Assembly: GCA_903901055.1 (NCBI GenBank) | Contig: CAIUPO010000083.1 | Location: forward strand, 30,705 to 94,704 | Direction of reading: 5' to 3' | DNA from: an uncultured Bacteroidota bacterium | GTDB lineage: Bacteria; Bacteroidota; Bacteroidia; JABEUT01 | DNA length: 64,000 nt | Notes under the pieces: generated by a model | The model's input: only the letters and a program-made list of their open reading frames with translations | The model's database searches: none | Told to the model about the DNA's origin: nothing | Shown: positions 30,266-40,012 of the stretch, piece after piece | How positions within the stretch are numbered: position 1 is the stretch's first letter | Layout: each line of letters begins with the position of its first letter | Made by a program: the position numbers and the translations under genes

Positions 30266-33200
30266 ATGAAAAAACATCTGCTCCTTTCATTCTTCCTTTT
30301 TCAATCTTCATTTTTCATTTTCCTGAGCGCCCAAAACCAAACTTTTAAGTTCCCTGCTGATAATTATCGGTCTCCTGCTAATCAGTATTACTGGAAGAAC
30401 CGCCCTCCATTTCAGGGCTACTGGCAGCAGGATGTACACTACACTATTTATGCCAATTTAAATGACTCGCTGGATGTGGTGGATGGTGTTGAAACCCTCG
30501 AATATTACAATAACTCACCCGATACACTTAAGGAGGCATTCTTTCACCTTTACACAAATGCGCAGAACAAAGATTCATACTATAGTGATCTTTATAAAAA
30601 TAATAAACAGAAACTCAATTTTGGCAAGTATGAAAAGCAGGATAGCGGCTGCTATGTAAAAACTATAACGCAAGAATTACCCCATCAAAATGCGGAGGAA
30701 CGTGGCAAACCCTTTAAGCAAGAATTAAAGACCGAAGTCGATAATACGGTAATGAAAGTAACACTATTACAACCCTTGCCTCCCGGTGGTAAAGCTACAT
30801 TTCATATTACCTTCCGCACTTATTTTGATAATGGAGGTGCGCGCAATCGCATGAAGATGTTTATCTCGGATAAGAAAAACGGCTTCAAACAATTTGATGT
30901 GGTGCATTGGTATCCACGCATGTGTGTTTACGATACTAAGTTTGGCTGGGATGTTGAGCAACATATGGCACATGAATTTTATGGAGATTTCGGCACTTAT
31001 GATGTAGCATTTACCTTGCCGAACAACTATGTGGTTGGAGCCACGGGCAATCTCTTGAACGAAGATCAAGTATTGCCTGACAGCCTAATGCGAAAATTAG
31101 ATATACGCAACTTTGCAAAGAAGCAACCGGAGTCACCAGCCTCTGTAATTATCCCTCGGGCCAAGACACCAAAAACATGGTTCTTCCATGCAGAAAACGT
31201 GCATGACTTTGCACTCACCGCCGACCCTACTTACCGCATTGGCATTGAAACCTGGAGAGGCATCCAATGCATAGCACTGGCGCAGGAAACACATGCATCA
31301 AGATGGCAGAATGCAGCATCGTATGCGGCAAATGTAATTGCTACCAATTCGAAATATTTTGGCATGTATTCTTATCCGAAAATTATTGTTGCTGATGCCC
31401 GCGATGGAATGGAATACCCTATGCTAACCCTTGATGGAGGCGGAGACCCCGATTACCGTACTACACTTTCGCACGAGATTAGCCACAACTGGTTTTTCGG
31501 AATGGTGGGAAGTAATGAAACCTATCGCGCCGCGCTGGACGAGGGATTCACTCAGTTTGCAGAAAGCTGGACTTACCAAAAAATTGACGGGCCTTATGAA
31601 GTATCCTATCCGCCTGCAAGTAAATATGTGCGAGAGTATTACCGGGAAGACCCGGTTGTGATTCAGGAAGTTTATTTCGGTTATTTGATGAATAATAATA
31701 TGGGGATTGGTGATTTTACCGAAAATTATTATGGCAAGTTATTTGCCGCAAGAGGCGCCGCGCGACTGGGATTTAAAGATGTTACACTAAATACCCAATC
31801 GGATGATTTCAGTAGTGCAATAGGACATGATGGCGGTTATGGGCAGGTCTATTTTAAGACTGCCACTATGTTATATAATTTGCAATACACATTGGGCGAT
31901 TCCCTTTTCTTTAAAGCCATGCAGCACTATTTCAACCAGTGGAAATTCTGCCATCCTTATTTGAATGATTTCAGGAATTCCATCACACAATTTGTTCATG
32001 CAGATATGACCTGGTTTTTTGATGAATGGTTAAACACAGCTAAAACAATTGACTATGGCGTTAGCTGCGTCAGAAAGGGAAAAGAGAAGGGCCAATACCT
32101 GATAACGTTTAAGCGTCATGGAGAAATGCAAATGCCAATTGATTTTACGGTTACAGCCAAAGATGGTAGCCTTCACAACTATTATATTCCGAATGGATGG
32201 TTCCAGAAAAAGACAGATGCAACTACCCTGCCGCGCTGGATTGGCTGGGGAAAGGTACAACCTACCTATACGGCGACAGTAACTATAGCAAGCGGTATTT
32301 CAAAAGTGCAAATTGATACCACCCACCGCCTTGCAGACCTTAACATGCTTAATAATACCAAGCCATTCCCGATTAAATATTATTTCGATTCGAAGATTGC
32401 CAACACGCCTGATTGGGCCAACTACGAGGCCTTTATCGGGCCTTCGCTATGGTATAATTCGTATGACGGCGTGCAAATAGGGTTCCACATAAGGGGGGAT
32501 TATATGCTCTTTAAAAACAATTTGAATGCCACGGTTTATTTCAACAGCCATCTTGGTGAAGGTATTGCCGGAACTGAAACTCCTCATAAAAACGATAATC
32601 AGGCTGCGGCATTTATGCTCGATTACCAGACACCAACTGACAAGTTAATTAAGAATTCCTCGATAAATTTATATGTACAAAGTTTGGATGGATTGAATGA
32701 AGCCAAGGTGCTTTTCCAGGTGAAAGACAATTCACTTAAAAACACTTTCTATGCCCAATTAAAAGCTATGTACCGTCCATATTCATGGGACAGCCTATAT
32801 GACCTTATTCCACACATGTATGAAAATATAACCGGCAATCTTATCCCGACATGGCAATACAAAATGTATAACAACACGCTTACATTGGGAATGAAGCACG
32901 ATTACCACTATTCCAACTATGGAAAGGGTTCTTATGAATTCAGGTTTAAGAGTTCCGTTTTAACTAATGATTACAGTTTTAATCAATCTTCATTTACATG
33001 GTTGAACTCTCAAACCATTTTCAAAAAACTGGTTCTTAAAACGCGTGTCTTTGCACAATACGGGGCAGGCAGCAACACCCCTACCGAGTCTGCACTATAT
33101 ATGACAGGCGCTAATCCTGAGGAAATGTCCGACAACCAATTTACACGAGCTGCGGGCATTATTCCTGCAAGTATAGCCAGTTATGGTTACGCATTAAATT

Positions 33201-33661
33201 ATTATCAGCAAGGCGGAGGGCTGAATGTGCGTGGTTATTCAGGATATACGCTTGCATCAGCTGATTCGAAAGGAACGCCGTTGTTCTCATATTACGGAAA
33301 TACCGGTGCTTCGGTAAATGCTGAGTTGGAATTCAACCACCTGTTACATTTCAACCCTCGATTCCTGCGGAATACTTTTGCAATTACCACCTATCTGTTT
33401 GGAGATGCAGGAACGATTAATCTTACAACCCCAAGCTACGAACACCTACCGCTTGAGTTTACCAATATATTGGCGGATGCAGGAGTTGGTGCAACGCTTA
33501 CCATTCAAAAGTGGGGACCCTTGCAATTAGTAAAGCCATTGACAATACGATTTGATATGCCTTTACTTATAAATACATTTGAATATAATGCAGGGGTTTA
33601 TAATAACCTCTCGAGTTATTTCCAATACAGGTTTGTAGTGGGGATAGGAAGGTGCTTTTAA
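30266..33661 (+). CDS. M1-family-like zinc metallopeptidase (HExxH...E, GAMEN-like DGMEYP) with a long C-terminal extension ending in a beta-barrel-like F terminus
   Basis: Signal peptide. HEISHNWFFG ... ALDEGFTQF. C-terminal ...SSYFQYRFVVGIGRCF. Confidence 0.7.
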   Translation: MKKHLLLSFFLFQSSFFIFLSAQNQTFKFPADNYRSPANQYYWKNRPPFQGYWQQDVHYTIYANLNDSLDVVDGVETLEYYNNSPDTLKEAFFHLYTNAQNKDSYYSDLYKNNKQKLNFGKYEKQDSGCYVKTITQELPHQNAEERGKPFKQELKTEVDNTVMKVTLLQPLPPGGKATFHITFRTYFDNGGARNRMKMFISDKKNGFKQFDVVHWYPRMCVYDTKFGWDVEQHMAHEFYGDFGTYDVAFTLPNNYVVGATGNLLNEDQVLPDSLMRKLDIRNFAKKQPESPASVIIPRAKTPKTWFFHAENVHDFALTADPTYRIGIETWRGIQCIALAQETHASRWQNAASYAANVIATNSKYFGMYSYPKIIVADARDGMEYPMLTLDGGGDPDYRTTLSHEISHNWFFGMVGSNETYRAALDEGFTQFAESWTYQKIDGPYEVSYPPASKYVREYYREDPVVIQEVYFGYLMNNNMGIGDFTENYYGKLFAARGAARLGFKDVTLNTQSDDFSSAIGHDGGYGQVYFKTATMLYNLQYTLGDSLFFKAMQHYFNQWKFCHPYLNDFRNSITQFVHADMTWFFDEWLNTAKTIDYGVSCVRKGKEKGQYLITFKRHGEMQMPIDFTVTAKDGSLHNYYIPNGWFQKKTDATTLPRWIGWGKVQPTYTATVTIASGISKVQIDTTHRLADLNMLNNTKPFPIKYYFDSKIANTPDWANYEAFIGPSLWYNSYDGVQIGFHIRGDYMLFKNNLNATVYFNSHLGEGIAGTETPHKNDNQAAAFMLDYQTPTDKLIKNSSINLYVQSLDGLNEAKVLFQVKDNSLKNTFYAQLKAMYRPYSWDSLYDLIPHMYENITGNLIPTWQYKMYNNTLTLGMKHDYHYSNYGKGSYEFRFKSSVLTNDYSFNQSSFTWLNSQTIFKKLVLKTRVFAQYGAGSNTPTESALYMTGANPEEMSDNQFTRAAGIIPASIASYGYALNYYQQGGGLNVRGYSGYTLASADSKGTPLFSYYGNTGASVNAELEFNHLLHFNPRFLRNTFAITTYLFGDAGTINLTTPSYEHLPLEFTNILADAGVGATLTIQKWGPLQLVKPLTIRFDMPLLINTFEYNAGVYNNLSSYFQYRFVVGIGRCF

Positions 33662-33745
33662 AGCAGATATAAGAGATGCGATATAAGAGATGAGTGTTTC
33701 ATAATTTAAAAGCGTACCTTACACATAAATAAACGAACCAAATTT

Positions 33746-33940
33746 ATGGGAGTACCATCAAAACAAGCATCCACACCGAGAATGCAACAACTTGAAAAAG
33801 ATATAGCAGGCTTAAAGTCAGAATTACTAAAACCACATTTTGCAAAATCGCAGGAGCAGGATTATGATATTAAAAGCCGCCTGATTGACAAACAAAACCA
33901 AATGATAGCCCTGCTTTTAAAGCAACGGGACGGGGAGTAA
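33746..33940 (+). CDS. Small hypothetical coiled-coil protein (64 aa)
   Basis: ORF only. Weak support. Confidence 0.3.
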   Translation: MGVPSKQASTPRMQQLEKDIAGLKSELLKPHFAKSQEQDYDIKSRLIDKQNQMIALLLKQRDGE

Positions 33941-33975
33941 ATTCTTATCTTTGATTCTGATTTTTATAAATCTGA

Positions 33976-34419
33976 ATGCATACCAGCTATAAAAATAGCA
34001 CCCTGATTTTTCTTGTTTTCTGTGCTTTTTGTTTCTGTAAACCGTTGTTGGCACAGAATACAAAAGAAGCAGGAAAAGGAACTACCAGCGAACCCTTACC
34101 TACCGAATGTTGTGCCTGCATTGCAGGTTTGTCAGGGGATATCCAAATTTCAAAACCAAAACTGCTTGCTACTGTTGGACTAACCACATGCGGATGCAAT
34201 TATGCTGCCACTGTAATTCGCTTTCAAATAGTGCTCATGGTAAATGGACGATTAAGACTCTTTAATTCCAGTAGCGGTTTGTTTACCGATGAAATGAAAT
34301 CTTTATTTAAAGCAATGATGGTTGGCAGCCATATCATAATTCAGAATGTTGCGGTAAAGACACAACTGAACGGCGCGAAAATAATCCCCGGAATAAATGT
34401 TGAAGTGGTGAAAGAGTAA
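33976..34419 (+). CDS. Hypothetical secreted Cys-containing protein
   Basis: Signal peptide LIFLVFCAFCFCKPLLAQ. Followed by a strong terminator. Confidence 0.45.
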   Translation: MHTSYKNSTLIFLVFCAFCFCKPLLAQNTKEAGKGTTSEPLPTECCACIAGLSGDIQISKPKLLATVGLTTCGCNYAATVIRFQIVLMVNGRLRLFNSSSGLFTDEMKSLFKAMMVGSHIIIQNVAVKTQLNGAKIIPGINVEVVKE

Positions 34420-34425
34420 ATAAAA

Positions 34426-34452
34426 AAGGGGCTTTGAAGCCCCTTTTTCATT
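34426..34452. terminator. Bidirectional rho-independent terminator (GGGGCTTtgAAGCCCC flanked by A and T runs) between convergent genes
   Basis: aaaaaaGGGGCTTTGAAGCCCCtttttc. Confidence 0.75.
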
Positions 34453-34468
34453 TCAAGAAATATTTTGT

Positions 34469-35557
34469 TTAGAACATTGCGTGGTTAGCACCTGCACCTG
34501 ATTGTTGAATAAATGGATTAACATTCAGGAAATGGAGAGATAATTCAAAACCTCCAGCACCATGAGAAGCAGTTGTAAGGGCTGAAGTATTAAAGTCGTA
34601 GCTGATACCGAGTGCATAGTTACCATATTCAAGGCCTACAATTGCAATTGCAGCATCGCCTACACGGTAGTAAACACCTAAGTCAAGCGCGGTTCCTTTG
34701 TGAGTTCCGGTGTATTTACTTTCAGGGTTAAGGGTATAACGTAGTTTTACACCTGCGTCAAATTCCCATGCAGGGCCTTGTTTTAAATAAACAATAGCCG
34801 GCATTACGCTCAGGTTAGTGTTGCTTACACCAATTTGCATATTAGCAAAGCCTGTGTATTTCATATATAAACTTGAGCCTGGATAGCTTTGTCCGTAGTA
34901 AGACATGTTTGGCTGATTAACGTGATACATAGCTGCACCAGCGCTTGCCCTGATTGCATCATTTGATGACATATTGGTTTGTCCGGTTCCATAGTGATAA
35001 GCTATACCTCCGGAAAAATCAGCATAAGAGAATGAGTTTGAAATCAAAGTACCTTCTCCTGTAGGGTTATTTGCGCTGTATAAGCCATTCTGATATTGTT
35101 CGTCCCATTGCAATCCTGCAAGTTGAATGCTGTGCTGAGCCCAGCCAGCCTGAAGCCCTGCCGAAAGACAATTGTTGTCGTCTAAATAAATACCACTGGC
35201 AAGTGTAAAATCAACTTGAAAAACACCAATATGCGCATCACCTGACTGGTCATCATAAATTGAAAAACCAGGAGAAAGGTAACCATTGCCCCAGTTTTTT
35301 AACATGTTATGAAATTCCATTGTGCCTGCCATGGTGGTGTATCCGTTACCGTTAGCCACGCTGCTCCATTGGTTCTTATAGTTAATCCCGGCATAAAAAT
35401 TACCCGTAAAAGCGCCTGATAATGCAGGATTCAGAGAAAGGGGATTTTCAAAGATCTGGGAAAAGTGAATATCCTGTGAGGATGCGGAAAAACCAAGCAT
35501 AACACCGATTGCAGCTAATGCCAGATTTTTAGAAACTTTCAAAGTTGTTGTACGCAT
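34469..35557 (-). CDS. PorP/SprF-family T9SS outer-membrane protein, orphan with no adjacent type-B cargo
   Basis: MRTTTLKV... signal. Conserved HFSQ...NP..NPA..G motif. Ends ...ANHAMF. The likely ATG is at 35557; the ORF track extends to 35725. Confidence 0.75.
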   Translation of the reverse strand: MRTTTLKVSKNLALAAIGVMLGFSASSQDIHFSQIFENPLSLNPALSGAFTGNFYAGINYKNQWSSVANGNGYTTMAGTMEFHNMLKNWGNGYLSPGFSIYDDQSGDAHIGVFQVDFTLASGIYLDDNNCLSAGLQAGWAQHSIQLAGLQWDEQYQNGLYSANNPTGEGTLISNSFSYADFSGGIAYHYGTGQTNMSSNDAIRASAGAAMYHVNQPNMSYYGQSYPGSSLYMKYTGFANMQIGVSNTNLSVMPAIVYLKQGPAWEFDAGVKLRYTLNPESKYTGTHKGTALDLGVYYRVGDAAIAIVGLEYGNYALGISYDFNTSALTTASHGAGGFELSLHFLNVNPFIQQSGAGANHAMF

Positions 35558-35831
35558 GTTCAATAGTATATGTATATTAAATTGCAAAAATAGTAACTTA
35601 TTTGAATCCCAAACTATTTTTTGTGATTTTAACAGTTTTTTCCCTTTTACAAGGGTTTCAATACTACTAAACGCACAAAATATGCCATACGTTGGGTAAG
35701 CCATTCCCAAAAAACCATAAACCATTACAATCCAATTTATTCATTATCCATTTAACACTTATTAAGCTTTAAATTCCCACAAGTGTAGCGGAAACGTTCC
35801 TAAATGAACTACATTTACATTATCATTAGGC

Positions 35832-37190
35832 ATGGGTAGAGATAAAGAGATAAGCTGGTTATATGAAGAATTACCTTCACTTGTAGAAAAGGGACTCCTG
35901 ACAGAAGAGGCAGCGTCCAAACTGCGCAATCATTATGGCGAGCCTGAAAAAAATAGCTCGCGAAACCTTATTTTTATAATTTCGGCTATACTGGGTTCCA
36001 TACTGATTGGCTTGGGTATCATCCTGCTTTTTGCATACAACTGGGATGAATACTCCAGATTAACAAGAACCATAATTACTTTTATTCCGCTTATTGCCGC
36101 AGAATTGGTTTTTGGATATGCATATTTCCGCAAACGCACTTCTATTGGCTGGATGGAAGGCGCTTCCGGGTTTCTTTTCCTTATGGTAGGCGCAGCAATA
36201 GGTTTGACCGGCCAGATTTATAACATGGGAGGAACTCTGAGCGAACTCCTTCTTATATGGATTCTTGTTACCCTCCCGTTGTTGTATCTTGCCAATACTG
36301 TACTTGTATTTTCTTTATACATGATATTGCTTTCCTGGTGGTCATTCAACTCGATGGAGTTTTTCAGGTGGATGTCAACCTCGGATGATTTTTTCACCAT
36401 CAATAAAATAATATTTCTGCTTCTTGCCTTAGCTGTTGTACCATTTTTATTCAAAAATATTGATAAAACCCGCTTTACTGCAAGAGGAAATATTTTGGGA
36501 TGGGTTTTTTCTGTACCTCTATTCCTTTCCTATTTTGGTTTCCTAACGTTTACCTCCGGATTATCCTCTTTGTTTTATTACACTTGTTTAGCAACTATAG
36601 TTTATGCATTGGGTAAATTATTTTACGACAACACATCGTCACTTTGGCAAAAACCTATGCAGGTTGCAGGCATTACAACCATTTTCCTTTTAGGAATTTG
36701 CTGCACCTTTAAAGGCTATTGGGGTGACTTTACACATTCTTACTGGTTTTATTATCATAACTCGGTACACCACCGTGCCACGCATTTGATACTGTACTTA
36801 AGCGGATCTATGTTTTTGGCTGCTTCCGCCGCCCTCACATTTAAGAGATTCAAAAAGAAAATTGCAATCAATTACTTCCCTTTGGTTTTTCCCATTATAA
36901 TTGGCATTGGAGTTATGCTTGCCCATCTTTCGACTGATTTTTTAATTATAACAATTCTCTGTAATTTGTTTATACTCGGGTACGGTATTTACTACATCTA
37001 TAATGGAATTAAACTTGACAGAATAAGCCTGGTAAATGCCGGAATGCTTTTCCTTTCCATATTGATTGCAGTACGTTTCATATCGAGCGATGCAGGATTT
37101 CTAATGAAAGGCATCATATTTATTTTACTTGGATCAGGTTTTTTAGCTGTGAACTATTTCCTTTTAAGAAAACAAAAGAAAAATGGATAG
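35832..37190 (+). CDS. Polytopic membrane protein, DUF2157/DUF4401-like
   Basis: At least 12 TM helices. Paired with the downstream GDYXXLXY-like gene (8-nt overlap). Confidence 0.55.
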   Translation: MGRDKEISWLYEELPSLVEKGLLTEEAASKLRNHYGEPEKNSSRNLIFIISAILGSILIGLGIILLFAYNWDEYSRLTRTIITFIPLIAAELVFGYAYFRKRTSIGWMEGASGFLFLMVGAAIGLTGQIYNMGGTLSELLLIWILVTLPLLYLANTVLVFSLYMILLSWWSFNSMEFFRWMSTSDDFFTINKIIFLLLALAVVPFLFKNIDKTRFTARGNILGWVFSVPLFLSYFGFLTFTSGLSSLFYYTCLATIVYALGKLFYDNTSSLWQKPMQVAGITTIFLLGICCTFKGYWGDFTHSYWFYYHNSVHHRATHLILYLSGSMFLAASAALTFKRFKKKIAINYFPLVFPIIIGIGVMLAHLSTDFLIITILCNLFILGYGIYYIYNGIKLDRISLVNAGMLFLSILIAVRFISSDAGFLMKGIIFILLGSGFLAVNYFLLRKQKKNG

Positions 37191-37749
37191 GGAAAAACTA
37201 CGCATACTCATCTTCTCCCTCCTGATGGTTTTATTCATCGGGGTGCCTGTTTATATGATTCACACCTATACTACTGTTTTGAATAAAGGGAAACTATACA
37301 GGTTTAAATGCGAGCGTGTTGACCCCAGTGATGCTTTCCGTGGAAAGTATGTCCAGTTAAATTTCAACCAGGGCAATATTGACAATGCCTATGCTGACTC
37401 TAATCTTAAAAGCGGACAGAATGTTTATGCCTATTTAAAAGTAGATTCAGCCGGTTTCGCTTACGTTTCAAAAGTCAGTGTAAATAAAGGCGAGTTGAAC
37501 GATAATTTTGCAACAACCTTAGATTATGTTTCATCCTACAGCGGTGCAAGAATTAATTTCCCGTTTGAAAGGTATTATATGAATGAAAACCTTGCCCCTC
37601 TTGCATCAGATATGTACAGGGTTGAAGCAAAAGTAGATTCAGTTTACCTGGATGTAAGGGTTTATAATGGAAAAGTAGTTCCCGAAGAACTTTATCTGGG
37701 TGGAATGCCCGTTAGAGAGTTTCTTAAAAAATACGCACACAATAAATAG
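37183..37749 (+). CDS. GDYXXLXY-domain-like protein with N-terminal TM anchor
   Basis: FRGKYVQLNF resembles the GDYxxLxY motif. The usual genomic partner of DUF2157/DUF4401 membrane proteins. Confidence 0.5.
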   Translation: MDREKLRILIFSLLMVLFIGVPVYMIHTYTTVLNKGKLYRFKCERVDPSDAFRGKYVQLNFNQGNIDNAYADSNLKSGQNVYAYLKVDSAGFAYVSKVSVNKGELNDNFATTLDYVSSYSGARINFPFERYYMNENLAPLASDMYRVEAKVDSVYLDVRVYNGKVVPEELYLGGMPVREFLKKYAHNK

Positions 37750-37760
37750 GAAATACTCCC

Positions 37761-39710
37761 CTATTCTATCCGCTTAAGCGGGATATCATTCACCGGGGCA
37801 ATAATATAAGGCACTTTTTCAACGGTAACCGAACTGGTATCCAAACCAAATGCCTTGGCATCGGAAAGGCTTCGGTGCTTAAGAAGGAAATATATTCCAA
37901 GAATTACCTCTTCGCTGAAAGGCAAGTCGTTTTCATACGACAGGAAACGTTCTATAACCACAAACCTGAAATCGCCGATAACGTTTTCTTTACTTAGTGA
38001 TTCATAACGGCTGATAATATCCACCTCTTTATTGCGCACAAGGTCTTCAACCACTTTGCGGAAAAGCATATTTACACGTGGATCAACACGGAATCCCAAA
38101 TTAAAATCGATACGGATAAGCCTGTTAGGAATAAGTTCTTTAACGGTATACTCCATGGTATAAGGTTCTTCTTCCACATTAACGTGTACAAGCCAATAAA
38201 CATCGGCCCGTTTAGGGAACTTTTGGAATATAGAATAAACGATGCGGCTTTCTACTTCCTCTTCGTTATTGGCACTGGTAAGATAAATAAGATGGGTGGC
38301 AAATTTTGGAATCTCCTTGTCGTTACCAAGGTCCATCAGTAATTGGTAATAATCTTTCAGTTTAACAAAGTCCGTATAGCGGTTCATAATACGCCTTGCC
38401 CTGAACCAGGTAAACATTACACAAATAAGTCCGGAGGCAATAAGCAAGGTAATCCAGCCACCGTGCGGAAACTTAGCCAGATTGGCAACTAAAAAAGAAA
38501 TTTCAACACTAAGGAAAAGCGCCAGCAAAGCTATTATCAGCACTTGCGGGAAACGTTTCAGGTAAAGGTAATAACTCAATAAAATAGATGTCATCATCAT
38601 CGTTAGAATAATAGCCAGCCCATAAGCAGCTTCCATATTCTCCGATTTCTCGAAATAAAACACTACTCCTATACAGCCTGCGCAAAGCATCCAGTTTATG
38701 GAAGGAATGTATAGCTGGCCCCTTGCATTTGTCGGGAAAACGACCCTCACTTTTGGCCAGAAGTTTAGCCGCATAGCTTCATTTATTAGGGTATACGAAC
38801 CACTAATAAGAGCCTGGCTTGCAACAATGGTAGCAGCCGTTGAAATGATAATACCACTTATAAGAAACCAGGAGGGCATCATGGCATAAAAAGGACTTTC
38901 GCTAGTTAATGTAGCCGGATTTTGATGAAGCAACCACGCCCCCTGACCGAAATAGCTTAAAATCAAAGTTGTTTTAACAAAACCCCATGTTACCCGTATA
39001 TTTTTTCTTCCGCAATGCCCCAGGTCGGAATAAAGAGCTTCTGCACCCGTGGTACAAAGGAACACAGCACCCAACAGCCAGAATCCCTGGTGGTGATGGA
39101 CAAGAAGCACATAGGCATAATAAGGGTTAAACGCTTTTAATATATCAGGATTATGCACCAAACTACTAATACCTAAAACGCCAATCATGGAAAACCAAAT
39201 TACCATAATAGGACCAAACAGAACACCTACGCTGCGGGTGCCAAAACGTTGGAAAACAAAAAGCAAAAACAGAATTACTACGATGATAGGTACAGTATGA
39301 ATTGTTGGATTAATTTTTTGCAGCCCTTCTATAGCTGATGCAACACTAATTGGAGGAGTAATAATTCCGTCGGCAAGCAGGGCGCTACCTCCTATTATAG
39401 CAGGGATAATAAGCCAGTTCCGCTTAGTTCTTCTTAGAAGGGCATATAATGCAAAAATTCCACCTTCGCCTTTATTATCAGCCCTGAGGGTTAAAAATAC
39501 ATACTTGAAAGTAGTCTGTATTGTAAGTGTCCAGAAGATACACGAAAGAGCACCTAAAATCACTTCTGCCGACGGCGAAGCTTCTCCTACAATTGCTTGT
39601 AAAACGTATAATGGTGACGTACCAATATCGCCATAAACAATGCCAAGGGTGATTACCAACCCTGCTGCTGTTATTCGATTAATTCCTGAATCTTTATGAA
39701 CTTCTGACAA
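37761..39710 (-). CDS. kup: KUP/HAK/KT potassium uptake transporter
   Basis: GLVITLGIVYGDIGTSPLYVLQAIVG and the full-length Kup signature. 649 aa. Confidence 0.95.
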   Translation of the reverse strand: MSEVHKDSGINRITAAGLVITLGIVYGDIGTSPLYVLQAIVGEASPSAEVILGALSCIFWTLTIQTTFKYVFLTLRADNKGEGGIFALYALLRRTKRNWLIIPAIIGGSALLADGIITPPISVASAIEGLQKINPTIHTVPIIVVILFLLFVFQRFGTRSVGVLFGPIMVIWFSMIGVLGISSLVHNPDILKAFNPYYAYVLLVHHHQGFWLLGAVFLCTTGAEALYSDLGHCGRKNIRVTWGFVKTTLILSYFGQGAWLLHQNPATLTSESPFYAMMPSWFLISGIIISTAATIVASQALISGSYTLINEAMRLNFWPKVRVVFPTNARGQLYIPSINWMLCAGCIGVVFYFEKSENMEAAYGLAIILTMMMTSILLSYYLYLKRFPQVLIIALLALFLSVEISFLVANLAKFPHGGWITLLIASGLICVMFTWFRARRIMNRYTDFVKLKDYYQLLMDLGNDKEIPKFATHLIYLTSANNEEEVESRIVYSIFQKFPKRADVYWLVHVNVEEEPYTMEYTVKELIPNRLIRIDFNLGFRVDPRVNMLFRKVVEDLVRNKEVDIISRYESLSKENVIGDFRFVVIERFLSYENDLPFSEEVILGIYFLLKHRSLSDAKAFGLDTSSVTVEKVPYIIAPVNDIPLKRIE

Positions 39711-40012
39711 AGCTTATTGCTGAAAAAGCGTGCAAATGTAGATTAATTTAACAAGCAAACCCCTGACAACTTATTATAACCTCAACTCTTCCCTTTTTCA
39801 AATATCTCCAACCACTACATATTGAATATCTAGTAGTTACATCTAAAAACATCACTTAAAATAGGTTTAGTCTATGACTTATCAACAATTAATCATTGAA
39901 AAAATGATTCGGCAGCCAAAAAATCCGGACATTCGCAATCCCAATAAGACCTTTTGGGTAGCCTAACTTCTTAGAACCGAACAAACTATTTGTTAATAAC
40001 TTTTTAGAGTCT

